Virus record (IMG/VR): IMGVR_UViG_3300032046_000010 | Location: 29,063-93,062 of that record | Strand: one strand, 5' to 3' | Source of the DNA: a virus | DNA: 64,000 nucleotides | Notes under the pieces: model-generated | Seen by the model: only the letters and a program-made list of their open reading frames with translations | Told to the model about the DNA's origin: nothing | The model's database searches: none | In this document: in pieces, positions 8,087 through 17,825 of the stretch | How positions within the stretch are numbered: position 1 is the first letter of the stretch | Layout: each line of letters starts with the position of its first letter | Made by a program: the position numbers and the translations under genes

Positions 8087-8725
8087 CTAGTACACCTTGT
8101 TGATCGCCATCCGCTGGAGCCAGTCGATCAGCTGTGGAGCGCCGTCGCCGCGCTTCGGGTCCGACATGAACTGGACCGTCTTGGATGCCCACGGCTTCAA
8201 CTGGCAGATCATGAACTTGCGGTTCCAGACCCGGCACACCAGCGTAGCTCCGCCCTGCCGACCGTTGGGCGACCCAAGCTTGATCTCGCCCTTGCTGTAG
8301 ATGCCGCCCTTGCTGTCGGTGAACGACTCCATCGGGCCGTCCCACGGGCACGGACCACGGTGACCGGCGAGGGCATCCACGCCGCTCTTGACCGCCATCA
8401 GCACGTTGGACTGCTTGGCGATGCGGTCCCGCTTCTCAGGGGTCAAGGTCGCCGGATCAACACGCCGCTGAGCCTCGCTGGGCGGAGTGGCCTTGCCGTC
8501 CGTCGTCGTCGGGACATCGACCGGCTTGGCCTGCTGCTTGGCAGGCACCACCGGCTGCGGCTTCGGCTGTTCCACCCTGGACTCCGGCTTGGAGGTCGGG
8601 GTCTGGGACTCTGCGATGGCATCCTCACGGGCCTCCCGGGCACGCAGCTCAGCCTCAGCATCCGGCTCCGGCTGGAGTGCGACTCCAACTGTGAACCGCT
8701 TTCTCAAGTCATCCAACGTCGGCAT
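8087..8725 (-). CDS. Hypothetical protein (MPTLDDLRKRF N-terminus, P/E-rich linker)
   Basis: AGGAGG SD before the ATG; preceded by conserved motif A. Confidence 0.75.
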   Translation of the reverse strand: MPTLDDLRKRFTVGVALQPEPDAEAELRAREAREDAIAESQTPTSKPESRVEQPKPQPVVPAKQQAKPVDVPTTTDGKATPPSEAQRRVDPATLTPEKRDRIAKQSNVLMAVKSGVDALAGHRGPCPWDGPMESFTDSKGGIYSKGEIKLGSPNGRQGGATLVCRVWNRKFMICQLKPWASKTVQFMSDPKRGDGAPQLIDWLQRMAINKVY

Positions 8726-8746
8726 CGTATCCTCCTGCCCCTACCC

Positions 8747-8766
8747 AGTAAGCGAAAACCAGGCCG
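8747..8766 (-). promoter_or_regulatory. Conserved upstream motif A, copy 1 (minus strand CGGCCTGGTTTTCGCTTACT)
   Basis: 19/20 identical to the copies at 11001 and 12300; intergenic, about 20 nt upstream of a start. Confidence 0.75.
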
Positions 8767-8780
8767 TTCATCGCCCGCCC

Positions 8781-10979
8781 CTACTGCGCCACCCGACGCA
8801 CCCGGCCGTTCATCAGCTTCGCCGCCACGGCCTTGAACAGCGCCTTGGGGAGCGCCGCCAGATCCCAAACAACCTCCGCATTGCGATAGAAGCTCGTCAC
8901 CGCATCGCTCTGGATTCCGATTCCCACGACCTCGATGCCGCGCTTTTCAGTCGCCCGCACCACGTCCTTCAGGTGCCGCCCCTCGATGCTACGCTCACGC
9001 TCATTGCGCCGGGTGTAGTTGCCGCTCACGTTGGCGCGCTTGGGGTCGTAGGTTCCGCCGGTCACGGTCGAAGTCCCGGCCGCAGGTTGACCATCCGACA
9101 GGACGATCAGCACCTTCCGCTCCTGGGGCTGCTGCGCCAGCAGGTCAGCGACCATCTGGAGCGCATCGCCGTCAGCGTTGTTCGCCCGGCCGTTGATCTT
9201 CACCAGGCGGGAGCGCACACGCCGGAACTGCTCGCTGAAGCTCTTGTACTGGTACAGGTGGATCGACTCATTGCGGCCGTTCCACCAGCTTCCAGCGTCC
9301 AGCGTGTCGTCATCAGTCGTCACCATCCCGCTGGTGAACCCGTAGATTGCGAAGGGCACGTTGAGGGCCGTCAGCGTCTCACCCAGGGCAACCGCCGCCA
9401 GCTGGGCCGTCGCCGCCTTGACTCCGCCCATCGAGCCGGACTCATCAACCAGCACCGCAACCGCCGGGACCTCATCCAGCGTCGTGATCTTGCGGGAGAA
9501 CACGCGCCGCTCGCCGGTCACCGCCCGGTACAGAGCCGCGCTGTCCAGCTTCCCTTCCTCCTGGTCGGGGTCGTTCTGGACGTCAGCCTTGCCCTTGAGG
9601 ACCATCATCAACTTGGAGCGGAGGCCGCCAACGACTCCCGCGACCATCTGCTTCAGCTGGGCGTAGTGCGCATCGCTGCTCAACTCTTGGACGATGATCT
9701 TGTCAGCCGCCTTGGCGCTTGGCCGGGCCACGTAGCGGCCATCGCTCTGCGCCGCGCTGGAGGCGTCCTTGCTCAGCTGGTCGCGCACCGCGTCCATCAT
9801 GTCCTTCGCAGCGTCATCGAACAGGTCATCAACCGGCTTGGAGTCGGTCGGGTCATCATTGATCTTGGTGTTGTCGCTGGCGCCCACGTTGCCGCCCGCC
9901 TCGCCGGTCTCAGCCTCGCCACCCTCCTGGTCACCCTGATCCTCGCCAGTCCCTTCCTGCTCGCCCTTCCCGGCCGACCCTTCCTGGTTGCCTTCCTCGC
10001 CGTCCTCACCCTCAACAGCGCCGTCGTCGCCTTCCTCGCCCTCGTCACCGCCGTCCTCATCCTCGCCCTCGCCCGCACCACCCTCACCGTCGTCGCCCTC
10101 GTCGCCCTCGTCGCCCTCGTCATCCGACTCGCCCTTGGACTCGCCCTTGGTGTCCTGCTCGCCGTCCTCAGCACCGTCGTCGCCCGCACCGTCGTCGCCC
10201 TCGTCAGCCTCGCCCTCATCACCCTCATCGGCCTTGCCCTGCTCGCCCTTGCTCTGGGGCTTGGACTCGGGCTTGGACTCGGGCTTGGACTCGGGCTTGG
10301 ACTCGCCCTGCTCGCCGTCCTGCGACTCCGGCTGGGTCGGCTGGGTCATCGCGTCCCGCAGCGTCTGCTCAACCAGGTGCATCATCGACTCAACCTTGTC
10401 GTACCCAGCGCCGCGAAGCTCCGCCATCCTGGGGAGCAGCTTGGCAACCGCGCCTTCCAGCCGGGGGTCCAAGGTCACGGCCGACTCACCGAACGACCGG
10501 AGATACAGTTCAGAACCGAACCCGTGAAGCCCACTGGTGTAACCCGGGGTCGCCGCGTTGCGCTTGATCAGCTTGACGCCGTAGCGCCGGAGCGCCGACA
10601 GGTTCCGCTCAACGCCCTCAAACGGGTTGCCCATCTCATCGTGGATGTCGGCCACGATGTTCAGGATGCTGTGGCGGGTCTTGGAGACCTTCATCGCCTC
10701 GGTGATCAGCTCACTCGGCAGCTTCACGGTGGCGCCAGCCGCCCGCGCCGCAACCGCCGCTTGCTCTTCACGAGCGTGGCAAGTCTCATGGTCCAGCATC
10801 CCCTCGACCACCGCCACAACGTCCTCACCCATCTCATCGACGTTCTCAGGCAGCTGGATCAGCTTCTGGTCGAACAGGAACCGACAGGCGGTCCCGGCCT
10901 GGACTACCTTCAACCCGGTGTCGGCGCTGAAGGTCCTGGCCACCTTCCCCATCGTTCCTTCCTGCGTCCGGTTCTTCAT
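8781..10979 (-). CDS. cobT: CobT-like VWA protein (MoxR AAA partner)
   Basis: MIDAS VLVDESGSM, NADG and LSDGQP; long acidic linker; N-terminal DHETCH; lies downstream of the CobS-like ATPase. Confidence 0.85.
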   Translation of the reverse strand: MKNRTQEGTMGKVARTFSADTGLKVVQAGTACRFLFDQKLIQLPENVDEMGEDVVAVVEGMLDHETCHAREEQAAVAARAAGATVKLPSELITEAMKVSKTRHSILNIVADIHDEMGNPFEGVERNLSALRRYGVKLIKRNAATPGYTSGLHGFGSELYLRSFGESAVTLDPRLEGAVAKLLPRMAELRGAGYDKVESMMHLVEQTLRDAMTQPTQPESQDGEQGESKPESKPESKPESKPQSKGEQGKADEGDEGEADEGDDGAGDDGAEDGEQDTKGESKGESDDEGDEGDEGDDGEGGAGEGEDEDGGDEGEEGDDGAVEGEDGEEGNQEGSAGKGEQEGTGEDQGDQEGGEAETGEAGGNVGASDNTKINDDPTDSKPVDDLFDDAAKDMMDAVRDQLSKDASSAAQSDGRYVARPSAKAADKIIVQELSSDAHYAQLKQMVAGVVGGLRSKLMMVLKGKADVQNDPDQEEGKLDSAALYRAVTGERRVFSRKITTLDEVPAVAVLVDESGSMGGVKAATAQLAAVALGETLTALNVPFAIYGFTSGMVTTDDDTLDAGSWWNGRNESIHLYQYKSFSEQFRRVRSRLVKINGRANNADGDALQMVADLLAQQPQERKVLIVLSDGQPAAGTSTVTGGTYDPKRANVSGNYTRRNERERSIEGRHLKDVVRATEKRGIEVVGIGIQSDAVTSFYRNAEVVWDLAALPKALFKAVAAKLMNGRVRRVAQ
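10258..10305. repeat. 12-bp coding tandem repeat GGCTTGGACTCG x4 (ESKP)
   Basis: Directly visible. Confidence 0.85.
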
Positions 10980-11000
10980 CTTCGCCTCCACGCTCCTACC

Positions 11001-11020
11001 AGTAAGCGAAAACCGGGCCG
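11001..11020 (-). promoter_or_regulatory. Conserved upstream motif A, copy 2 (minus strand CGGCCCGGTTTTCGCTTACT)
   Basis: Intergenic between cobS and cobT; identical to 12300-12319. Confidence 0.75.
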
Positions 11021-11046
11021 TTTGTGAACGGCCCTGGTTCCCAGTC

Positions 11047-12261
11047 CTAGTAGAACACGCGGTCAACGATGGCCTTCACGTAGGCGCGGTCATCCTTGCC
11101 CAGCCGGTTCAGGATGGCGACCGCAGCCGCCTTCCGCGCGTTGCCCCACTTCACGGTCAGCTTGGCCCAGGTGAGCAGCCGCCGGGTGCTCATCGTACAG
11201 AAGCACTCTTCACGGATCAGGCCGTCGCGGACCTTGCGAGCGATGTCCACCATCTTGCCAGCCACGTCCTTGGTGACGCCGGTCTTGGTCACGAGCACGC
11301 TGATCTCCTGGGGTCCCTGGAGATAGGAGACTTCCATCACCACGCCGAACCGATCCAGAGTGGCCTCGTTCAGCACGTTGGTCCCGGTGTACATCCCGCT
11401 ATCGTCGCCGCGCCCCAGGGTGTTCGCCGTAGCGATGATGCGGAAGTTGGAGTGGACCTTCACGACCTCGCCGTTGTTCTCTGCCAGGACCAGCGGGTGA
11501 CCGGGCTCAAGCACCGACTGAAGCCGCATCATGATCCGCGCGGGAGCCGCGTCCAGCTCATCGATGATCAGCCAGAAGCCCTTGCGCGCGCACTCCGTCA
11601 GGATGCCATCCTTCCAAAGCACGACCGTCGCACCAGATTCCGACTCCGCCAGCACCTTCTCACCCACGAAGTCCGCCACCCTGAACTCGCCGTTCATGTT
11701 GACGCGCTTGGTGGGCTGGTTCATCAGGGACGCCAGCTCAAACGCCAGGCTGGTCTTGCCACAGCCCGCCGGGCCGACCATCAGCACGTTGGTGTCCATC
11801 TCAACGCCAACCGCCATCTGCTCCAGGGTCTCATCATCGAAGTCGAACATTTCATCGTGCTTCGGAACGTACAGTGCGTCATCCTCGCACACGTCGTCAC
11901 GGACCTTCAAGACCGCCTTGCCGATGGAGAGGCAACCGGGCGGGAGCGCCGGAGCGGCCGGGGTCGGCTTCGCGGCCGGGGCAACCGGGGCGGGAGCGGC
12001 CGGGGCGGGGGTCGGCGTGGACGACGGAACGGTCCAGCCGGTGCCGCGCGCACCCTTGGTGTGGCCCTTGCTCAGCTGACGCCGTCCGTAGGTGCTGATC
12101 GTCTTGGAACCGGGGTACTGGCGGCGGTATTCCATCGTGCTCATCCCGTGGGCCGACTTGAGGTGGACGGCCAGCGTGTGGTAGTACTGCCCACAACGTT
12201 CGCACTTCACCATCGCGTTTCCGTCGCGGTCGGCCGGGTTGAAGTTTGCCATGTTCCTCAT
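11047..12261 (-). CDS. cobS: CobS/CbbQ-like MoxR AAA+ ATPase with an N-terminal C2H2 zinc finger
   Basis: Walker A GPAGCGKTS, Walker B LIIDELD, ATAN, LNEATLDRF and MSTRRL; N-terminal CERC...HLKSAHGMSTMEYRRQYP. Confidence 0.9.
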   Translation of the reverse strand: MRNMANFNPADRDGNAMVKCERCGQYYHTLAVHLKSAHGMSTMEYRRQYPGSKTISTYGRRQLSKGHTKGARGTGWTVPSSTPTPAPAAPAPVAPAAKPTPAAPALPPGCLSIGKAVLKVRDDVCEDDALYVPKHDEMFDFDDETLEQMAVGVEMDTNVLMVGPAGCGKTSLAFELASLMNQPTKRVNMNGEFRVADFVGEKVLAESESGATVVLWKDGILTECARKGFWLIIDELDAAPARIMMRLQSVLEPGHPLVLAENNGEVVKVHSNFRIIATANTLGRGDDSGMYTGTNVLNEATLDRFGVVMEVSYLQGPQEISVLVTKTGVTKDVAGKMVDIARKVRDGLIREECFCTMSTRRLLTWAKLTVKWGNARKAAAVAILNRLGKDDRAYVKAIVDRVFY

Positions 12262-12299
12262 CCTCCATCGGCGCGTCCCTCGCGCCTCTCACCCGACCA

Positions 12300-12319
12300 A
12301 GTAAGCGAAAACCGGGCCG
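12300..12319 (-). promoter_or_regulatory. Conserved upstream motif A, copy 3
   Basis: Upstream of cobS; identical to 11001-11020. Confidence 0.75.
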
Positions 12320-12479
12320 ACCAGCAACCCAAAATGTTCAGGCTGGGTAACTACTTGGAAACGCCCGATTCCAGCATTTTCTATGGGCATCGAGCCGATC
12401 CTAGCTGTTGAACTGATCTTCCCTTCCTTCCTTCTAGGGCCACCGCTTGGTGGCGGTTGTGGGTCGGAGCCAGCCCAGC

Positions 12480-12900
12480 AAAAAGTGTGTACGCGACTTT
12501 TGGATCCGGTTTGGCAGTTCACTATGAACCAACTAGAAACTATGTAAGAATCGCCAACAGCTTTTGGCCATTTTCCAAAAGTGTCATCACTCGACACGAC
12601 TTTGAGATCCGATTTGGCACTCACCATGAACCAACTAGAAACCTTGGATCTTTTGTTGTGTGTTTGAGTCGGCCGCTCGACATGTGAAAGCCAAACCGGA
12701 TCGCGCGATCCTGGGGCCAAGGAAGCCCTGCCTTTTCCAATAGTTTGGATGTGTTGTGTGTGGTACATTCTAACCGCTTGATTCGTTTACTGTTTTGGGT
12801 GTGTACCAGCTAAAGTGTGGACCATACCCCATTTTCACTATGAACCAATTAGAAACTATGGAAGAAACCCAGAATCGTTTGTTGAGTTTTTGGCCTGATG
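12480..12900. repeat. AT-rich non-coding region with iteron-like direct repeats (TCACYATGAACCAAYTAGAAAC x3); putative replication origin
   Basis: Copies at about 12518, 12621 and 12834; inverted GATCCGGTTTGGC/GCCAAACCGGATC at 12503/12690; directly downstream of the primase. Confidence 0.6.
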
Positions 12901-13043
12901 CGCTCGGCATCCAATGCTCCGCGACCATCGCCGGATGGTACAGTTTCCATTTTCGTCCCACTTTTAGTGGGCCAATCGAGTTTTCCACCATGTTGGTAAG
13001 GCTGGAAAACGGTGTCGGCAGAAAGTGGGTGATCCACTTCCCA

Positions 13044-14060
13044 CTATGTGAAACGTGGCAAATCCGAAACGCGCCGCTTCAACAACATTACCCTCGCTTG
13101 GCTCGCCGGCACCGCCTTGGAAACCAGTTCCGCGATGTACGTAGTGGGCGATTCAGCCGGATCGGACTGGTTGGCGTTAGGGTACAGCGCGATCTTGACG
13201 TTGTCTAGTTTCTCCGATTCCGCCACTACGTAGCTGGCCGCGTCTGGATCCAGTAGCATCACCTTCGGCCCGTCTAACATGAGAAGCATCGCCAATTGGG
13301 AGCCACGTATGGACTTGCCCATCAGGCCTAACGTCCCGAAACCAGCACGGAATCCAGCCAACGTATCTAATGGCCCTTCGACGATTAGCCACGGTGGTCC
13401 GAAGGGTAGTGCAACCTCCCATCCGAACAGTAGGTGCCCCACTCCGTCGCCTCCCAGGTAGCGCGGCATCATCCCCGGGAGGGTCGCCCGGGTCGTGAAG
13501 GAACGTCCCAAGGGGCAGGAAACCGGGAACACTACACGGGAAGCGTAGCGCCCGCTGAGGCAATAACCCAGGCCGTATGCCTTGATCTCTGCGTCCTGTA
13601 CGCCCCTCTGCCTCAGGTAGCGCGGCACCACTAGGCGTCCGTCCTGCTCGCAAGGCGTGTACTCTGCCGGGAGCGGTGTGTCCACGACCTCCTGCTTGCG
13701 CTCCCGCCGGAGCGCCTCCAAACGCTCCGTCAGCTCACCCTTGATGTGCGGGATGTAGGGCATCGACTCCGATGCGATGATGCGCCGTGCCTCGCCGGGT
13801 CCGACTCCAAGCACACCTTGGACCAACTGGACGGGACCTCCGGCGATGGAGCAGCACTTGCAGTCCCAAGCGCCGGTCTTGGTGTTCACGTACAAGTGTG
13901 CTGGTTTGCCGCAACTGAAGCAGTCCATGACCACGTGGTCGCGGCCGGACGGCCGGAGCCGACCCACCGACCTGCTGAGCAGTTCCTTGATGTCGAAGCG
14001 CAGCGGGTCGCGCCTCGACCCGTCCCGCCGCTCGATGTGTGCGCCGGGATCAAAGCTCAT
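13044..14060 (-). CDS. dnaG: DNA primase (zinc-binding domain + TOPRIM)
   Basis: CFSC...H...WDCKCC zinc-binding domain, RVVFP, LIVEGPLD and LLDPD TOPRIM motifs; coupled to the helicase. Confidence 0.9.
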   Translation of the reverse strand: MSFDPGAHIERRDGSRRDPLRFDIKELLSRSVGRLRPSGRDHVVMDCFSCGKPAHLYVNTKTGAWDCKCCSIAGGPVQLVQGVLGVGPGEARRIIASESMPYIPHIKGELTERLEALRRERKQEVVDTPLPAEYTPCEQDGRLVVPRYLRQRGVQDAEIKAYGLGYCLSGRYASRVVFPVSCPLGRSFTTRATLPGMMPRYLGGDGVGHLLFGWEVALPFGPPWLIVEGPLDTLAGFRAGFGTLGLMGKSIRGSQLAMLLMLDGPKVMLLDPDAASYVVAESEKLDNVKIALYPNANQSDPAESPTTYIAELVSKAVPASQARVMLLKRRVSDLPRFT

Positions 14061-15348
14061 CGTGGGTTTCCTCCGGTGCCGTGTCCATCCTCATCCGCTC
14101 CAACTCTGCGACCAAGGGCACCAACACGTTGCGCTTCCCTGAGCGCCTCTTGCCCAAGTACATCAGGAGCCGTTCCTCACCCTTGTCACCCTGGAGTGCG
14201 TTGATCGAGATGTACCAGTCCGCGATCCTCACCTTCTCATAGTTGTCGGCCACCGCCTCCTTGGTAGCGATCTTGTTGACCCAGGACTTGTGAACCTGTG
14301 TTGTGGCCACGACAACGCAATGCTCTTCTTCAGCCAAGCCCTTCAGGTCATAGTAGACCTCGGTGGACTCAAACCTCTTGTCGTTGTACTTGCGAGCGGA
14401 GCGGAGGTGGTCAGGCGAGTCCACCAACACGAGGGTCGGCCGGCAACCAGCATTTGACCTCTCACGGATCACGGCGCGGATGTCGGACACGGTGCCGATG
14501 TTGACACCCAGCCGCTCCATCCGCAACAGCTTGTTCATCCGGTCCCAGTTCGCCTCCATCCAACGTGATAGCAGCCGGTGCTCTGCCTTCATCAGATGTC
14601 GCTCACGGATGTTTTCTTCCAACACGCCGGTGAACCGCGACATGTAGCGCCCGGCCCTCGACTCGTTGTCCATCTCCGTCCCGACATCAAGCGTGAAGAT
14701 GCTGCGGCTCACGGCCTTGGCACCGATGTTCATCGCTGTGATGGACTTGCCGACGTTGCTGATGCCTGCGATGAGGACCAGTTCGCCCACCTTGAACCCG
14801 CGCCATCGCTTGTCGAGGTAGCTGAAGCCGGTCGGCACGAAGTCCCGCGTGTCCTCTGCTAGCTTGGGTGAGATGAGCTTCTTGACTACATCCAGGATGC
14901 CGGTGTCTCCGTCGCGGGTCGCCCTGGCCTGGACTCGCGCCTGACCATCTGCCATCGCCGTCTGAAGTGCGTCCGCATCCTCCGCCTCGATGGCCTTGAC
15001 CAGCTGTTGAGCCACAGCCGTTCCCTGCTGTAGCTTGAGCCTCCGGTTCATCTCTACCAGGGAGGCTCCTGGCGAAGCATCCTCCAGCTTCATCGCCTTG
15101 ATCTGGCGGATGACACGGATGACCGCCAGCAGTTCGCCATCGTCCTTGAACTGGGCCTGCGCCCGCTCCATCAAGAACCGGAACCCGGGAGCCTCCGCGT
15201 GTTCCAGACAACACTGGCGTGCGATGTCCCAGACCCAGTTGAGCTGCGGTGAGCTGTACTGGTACCCGTTCAACTGGTTGACCGCCCTGGTCAGGAAACC
15301 GATGTCTTGTACGCAGCGCCGGAGGACACCAAGCTCAAGGTCGCTCAT
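14050..15348 (-). CDS. dnaB: Replicative DnaB-like helicase
   Basis: PTGFSYLD, GELVLIAGISNVGKS, TEM, VLVD, LKGLAEE..VVATTQ, ADW and KRRSG. Confidence 0.92.
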   Translation of the reverse strand: MSDLELGVLRRCVQDIGFLTRAVNQLNGYQYSSPQLNWVWDIARQCCLEHAEAPGFRFLMERAQAQFKDDGELLAVIRVIRQIKAMKLEDASPGASLVEMNRRLKLQQGTAVAQQLVKAIEAEDADALQTAMADGQARVQARATRDGDTGILDVVKKLISPKLAEDTRDFVPTGFSYLDKRWRGFKVGELVLIAGISNVGKSITAMNIGAKAVSRSIFTLDVGTEMDNESRAGRYMSRFTGVLEENIRERHLMKAEHRLLSRWMEANWDRMNKLLRMERLGVNIGTVSDIRAVIRERSNAGCRPTLVLVDSPDHLRSARKYNDKRFESTEVYYDLKGLAEEEHCVVVATTQVHKSWVNKIATKEAVADNYEKVRIADWYISINALQGDKGEERLLMYLGKRRSGKRNVLVPLVAELERMRMDTAPEETHDEL

Positions 15349-16010
15349 GAGGGGTCCTCCAGGTCCACCGCGCCCGGTCCCGCCTTCTCACGGGTCACGT
15401 ACAACCCCGTGTCGGGGTCGAACACCAGCCCAGGTTCCCAAATCCAACTTGATGAGGTGGTGTGCACCATCTTCCTCGCCGCCCCTGGTCCCAGATACGC
15501 TCTGTCAAGTGGGATGGGGATCTCACATCCCTGGATCGTGGGGTCGCCGGTAGCGTCCCGGTCGCCCCAGCTTCCCGACAGGAGTGCGCTCAACACGTAG
15601 TTGCCAAAGGCCTGAGCAGGCCTTGGGAACGAAGTCTTGTACATCTGCCCGTTGCGACACAACCACACGGCGCAATCCAACATCTCCCGGGGCATGTGTC
15701 CGTGTTCATAGGCGTCCCACGCCAGCTTGAACTGGTCCCGGTACGCTCCCTTGCGGAGATGCCACCAGTCCAAGTCGGTCGGCTTCCCGCGCCGCTTCTG
15801 TTCCTCGTTGAAGGCAGCGCTGTACAACTTGGCCGCGTGTTTCGCCACAGCCTCCCTGAACGCCTTCACCAATGCTGGGTCGCCGGAGGCTCCGGCCGCT
15901 TGTCTGTCCGTCAGCGGCACTCTGGACAGCATCAACGGGATGGTGTTGGGCAGCACCTTCATGCCTGAGGGCAACAGCCAGCCAGCATCCAGCTTCGTGA
16001 CTTCGCTCAT
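15345..16010 (-). CDS. Hypothetical protein in the replication operon
   Basis: ATGA overlaps at both ends; start MSEVTKL. Confidence 0.65.
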   Translation of the reverse strand: MSEVTKLDAGWLLPSGMKVLPNTIPLMLSRVPLTDRQAAGASGDPALVKAFREAVAKHAAKLYSAAFNEEQKRRGKPTDLDWWHLRKGAYRDQFKLAWDAYEHGHMPREMLDCAVWLCRNGQMYKTSFPRPAQAFGNYVLSALLSGSWGDRDATGDPTIQGCEIPIPLDRAYLGPGAARKMVHTTSSSWIWEPGLVFDPDTGLYVTREKAGPGAVDLEDPS

Positions 16011-16372
16011 GGTGTCGCCTCCCGCGCTCGCGCGTTGATTGCGAGCGAAGCGAAGCACTTCACGAGCGAAGCGAGTGAAGGGATAGCAGAGGGGTTGAGG
16101 GAGGGGTTCAAGGGGAGGGAGCAGGGGAGTGCCGACACACTCACGAAGTTTGGGCAATCCCAGCACTTGTCTTGGCTCACCATCTCATCGCCTTTGTGTT
16201 GCCAGAGCGTCAGGCCGTCGCACCCGGTCGGCTGACTTGGTGAGGCTGGGTGGACCCCAGGGGAAGGCTGCCCCATCGCGTCAGTTTGGCCCGCTCCGGC
16301 GTTGAACCGGGCCGATGCGCAACGATAGCCTAGCGGGCAGCTTGTATCCGCCAGTCGTTCCAGCGCTTTCAT
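16007..16372 (-). CDS. Hypothetical protein
   Basis: ATGA overlaps with both neighbours (start MKALER). Confidence 0.5.
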   Translation of the reverse strand: MKALERLADTSCPLGYRCASARFNAGAGQTDAMGQPSPGVHPASPSQPTGCDGLTLWQHKGDEMVSQDKCWDCPNFVSVSALPCSLPLNPSLNPSAIPSLASLVKCFASLAINARAREATP

Positions 16373-17790
16373 ACCCCACAGGCCTTGATGCTGAAACACT
16401 TCTCAGCCTTGTAAGCCTTGATCCGTTCCAGCGAGTGTTCTGCCAGGTATGGGTTGGTGAGGTCCACGAAGTCGATGATGGTTGCTCCTGTCTTGCCCTC
16501 GCTTGGCGTCATATTGCGAAGCCGCTGGATGGTACTCTTGCGAGCCGCCCCGCCCTCCGCGTTGATCACCACTTCCAACTCAGGGATGTCAACGCCCTCG
16601 CCCAACAGTGTGCTCACGATCACGTCCAGCCGTCCGGCTCGGAGCCGTGCCACTGTTTCAGTCCGTTCCTCAGATGTGGACTTGTTGATGAGCAGCTCTG
16701 CCCTGAGCCCTTCCGACCTCAGCATCTCCAACAGGTTCTCGCCGTGCTGGATCCTGCCGATGTCCACGAGGGTCCGCAGCCCTTCCGCGCTGGCCTCGAC
16801 CGCGCACTGGACGATGCGATGATTGCGGGGTCTGTTGTGCGTGATCAACCTGTCGTAGATTCCACTGCTCCAGTCGCTGTCATCGCTGGGGGACTTGATG
16901 GTGTACAGCCGGACCTCTGTGGGGACCAGCCATCCCTTCCGCACGAGGTAGGCCATGTCCACTTCGTACACGACCGGCCCACAGATTGCTTTGAGCCAGA
17001 GCGCCGCTCGCTCGTTGGGCTTCCGCCGTGAGATGTACGCCGTTGCGCTCAGACCCACACGCGCTGCGGCCGGGCACTCCATGAGTGGACGCCGCCATTC
17101 CTCAGCTTCCAAGTGATGGCACTCATCAACGATCAGCAACCCGGCCCGGTTCAGGACTTCCCTGACATCCTTGGAGCCGGAGCCACTCATCAGCGACTGG
17201 AACGTGGCGACTGTGATGTCGCCCGCCGTCCGCTCACCATCTCCTATCTCCCCCACGGCCAGCCCGCTGAAGACGGAACGGAACACCGTCGCAGCCTGCT
17301 CCAGCAACATGATGGATGGGACCACGAACAGCGTACGCAGGTTCAGCTTGTGGATCAGCAACGATGCCGTGAGCGTCTTGCCAGACCTGATCGGCATCTT
17401 GAGGATGCCCAGCTGCTTGACATCGGCCCGGCCGACCTCGATGGACTCCACTGCCTGGTCCTGGTACGGCCGGAGCCGCTTGCCGGGGTCGTACAGATGC
17501 TCTGGGAGTGGTTCGCCCGGCCCGCGCCGATCCTGGACTCTGAAGACAACCCCCATGTTGCTCAAGGCTGTCTTCACATCTGGCAACAACCCGATGGGGA
17601 ATGTGTAACCACCGCTGCGTCGCTTCACACGAATGAAATGGACCTTGCCATCCCATCTTTTCATTCTGTAAGCCTTGGAAAACCAAGCACCTTCGACCGG
17701 GTATGAAAGCAGTTCATCGAGTTGGCGTGCCACTTCAAGCGGAGCCTCGGAAACGGTGACTTTTGAGCCTTCAAGCTCGATGACGATCAT
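16369..17790 (-). CDS. Superfamily 2 DEAD/DEAH-box helicase (UvsW/ResIII-like)
   Basis: LRPYQ, PIRSGKT, IVDECHH, GLSATA, EGVDIP and QRLR motifs. Confidence 0.92.
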   Translation of the reverse strand: MIVIELEGSKVTVSEAPLEVARQLDELLSYPVEGAWFSKAYRMKRWDGKVHFIRVKRRSGGYTFPIGLLPDVKTALSNMGVVFRVQDRRGPGEPLPEHLYDPGKRLRPYQDQAVESIEVGRADVKQLGILKMPIRSGKTLTASLLIHKLNLRTLFVVPSIMLLEQAATVFRSVFSGLAVGEIGDGERTAGDITVATFQSLMSGSGSKDVREVLNRAGLLIVDECHHLEAEEWRRPLMECPAAARVGLSATAYISRRKPNERAALWLKAICGPVVYEVDMAYLVRKGWLVPTEVRLYTIKSPSDDSDWSSGIYDRLITHNRPRNHRIVQCAVEASAEGLRTLVDIGRIQHGENLLEMLRSEGLRAELLINKSTSEERTETVARLRAGRLDVIVSTLLGEGVDIPELEVVINAEGGAARKSTIQRLRNMTPSEGKTGATIIDFVDLTNPYLAEHSLERIKAYKAEKCFSIKACGV

Positions 17791-17825
17791 GCCCTATCCT
17801 ACGTGTACAGCTACAGCGTCAACGA

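Noticed and set aside
8781-12261. Cobalamin biosynthesis auxiliary genes
   Set aside because: No CobN or other cob genes; phage CobS/CobT homologues are general MoxR-VWA pairs.
8487-12411. Long plus-strand ORFs (846 aa, 594 aa)
   Set aside because: Antisense shadows of the GC3-rich cobT/cobS genes; no motifs.
12517-12860. The repeat begins GTTCACT and ends TAGAAAC, superficially like a type I-F CRISPR repeat or RNA anti-CRISPR
   Set aside because: No internal GC hairpin, irregular spacing (about 100 and 210 bp), similarity extends into the would-be spacers, and no cas genes; iterons fit better.
12289-12991. ORFs 12289..12768 and 12770..12991
   Set aside because: Atypical composition and translations that merely reflect the DNA repeats; probably non-coding.
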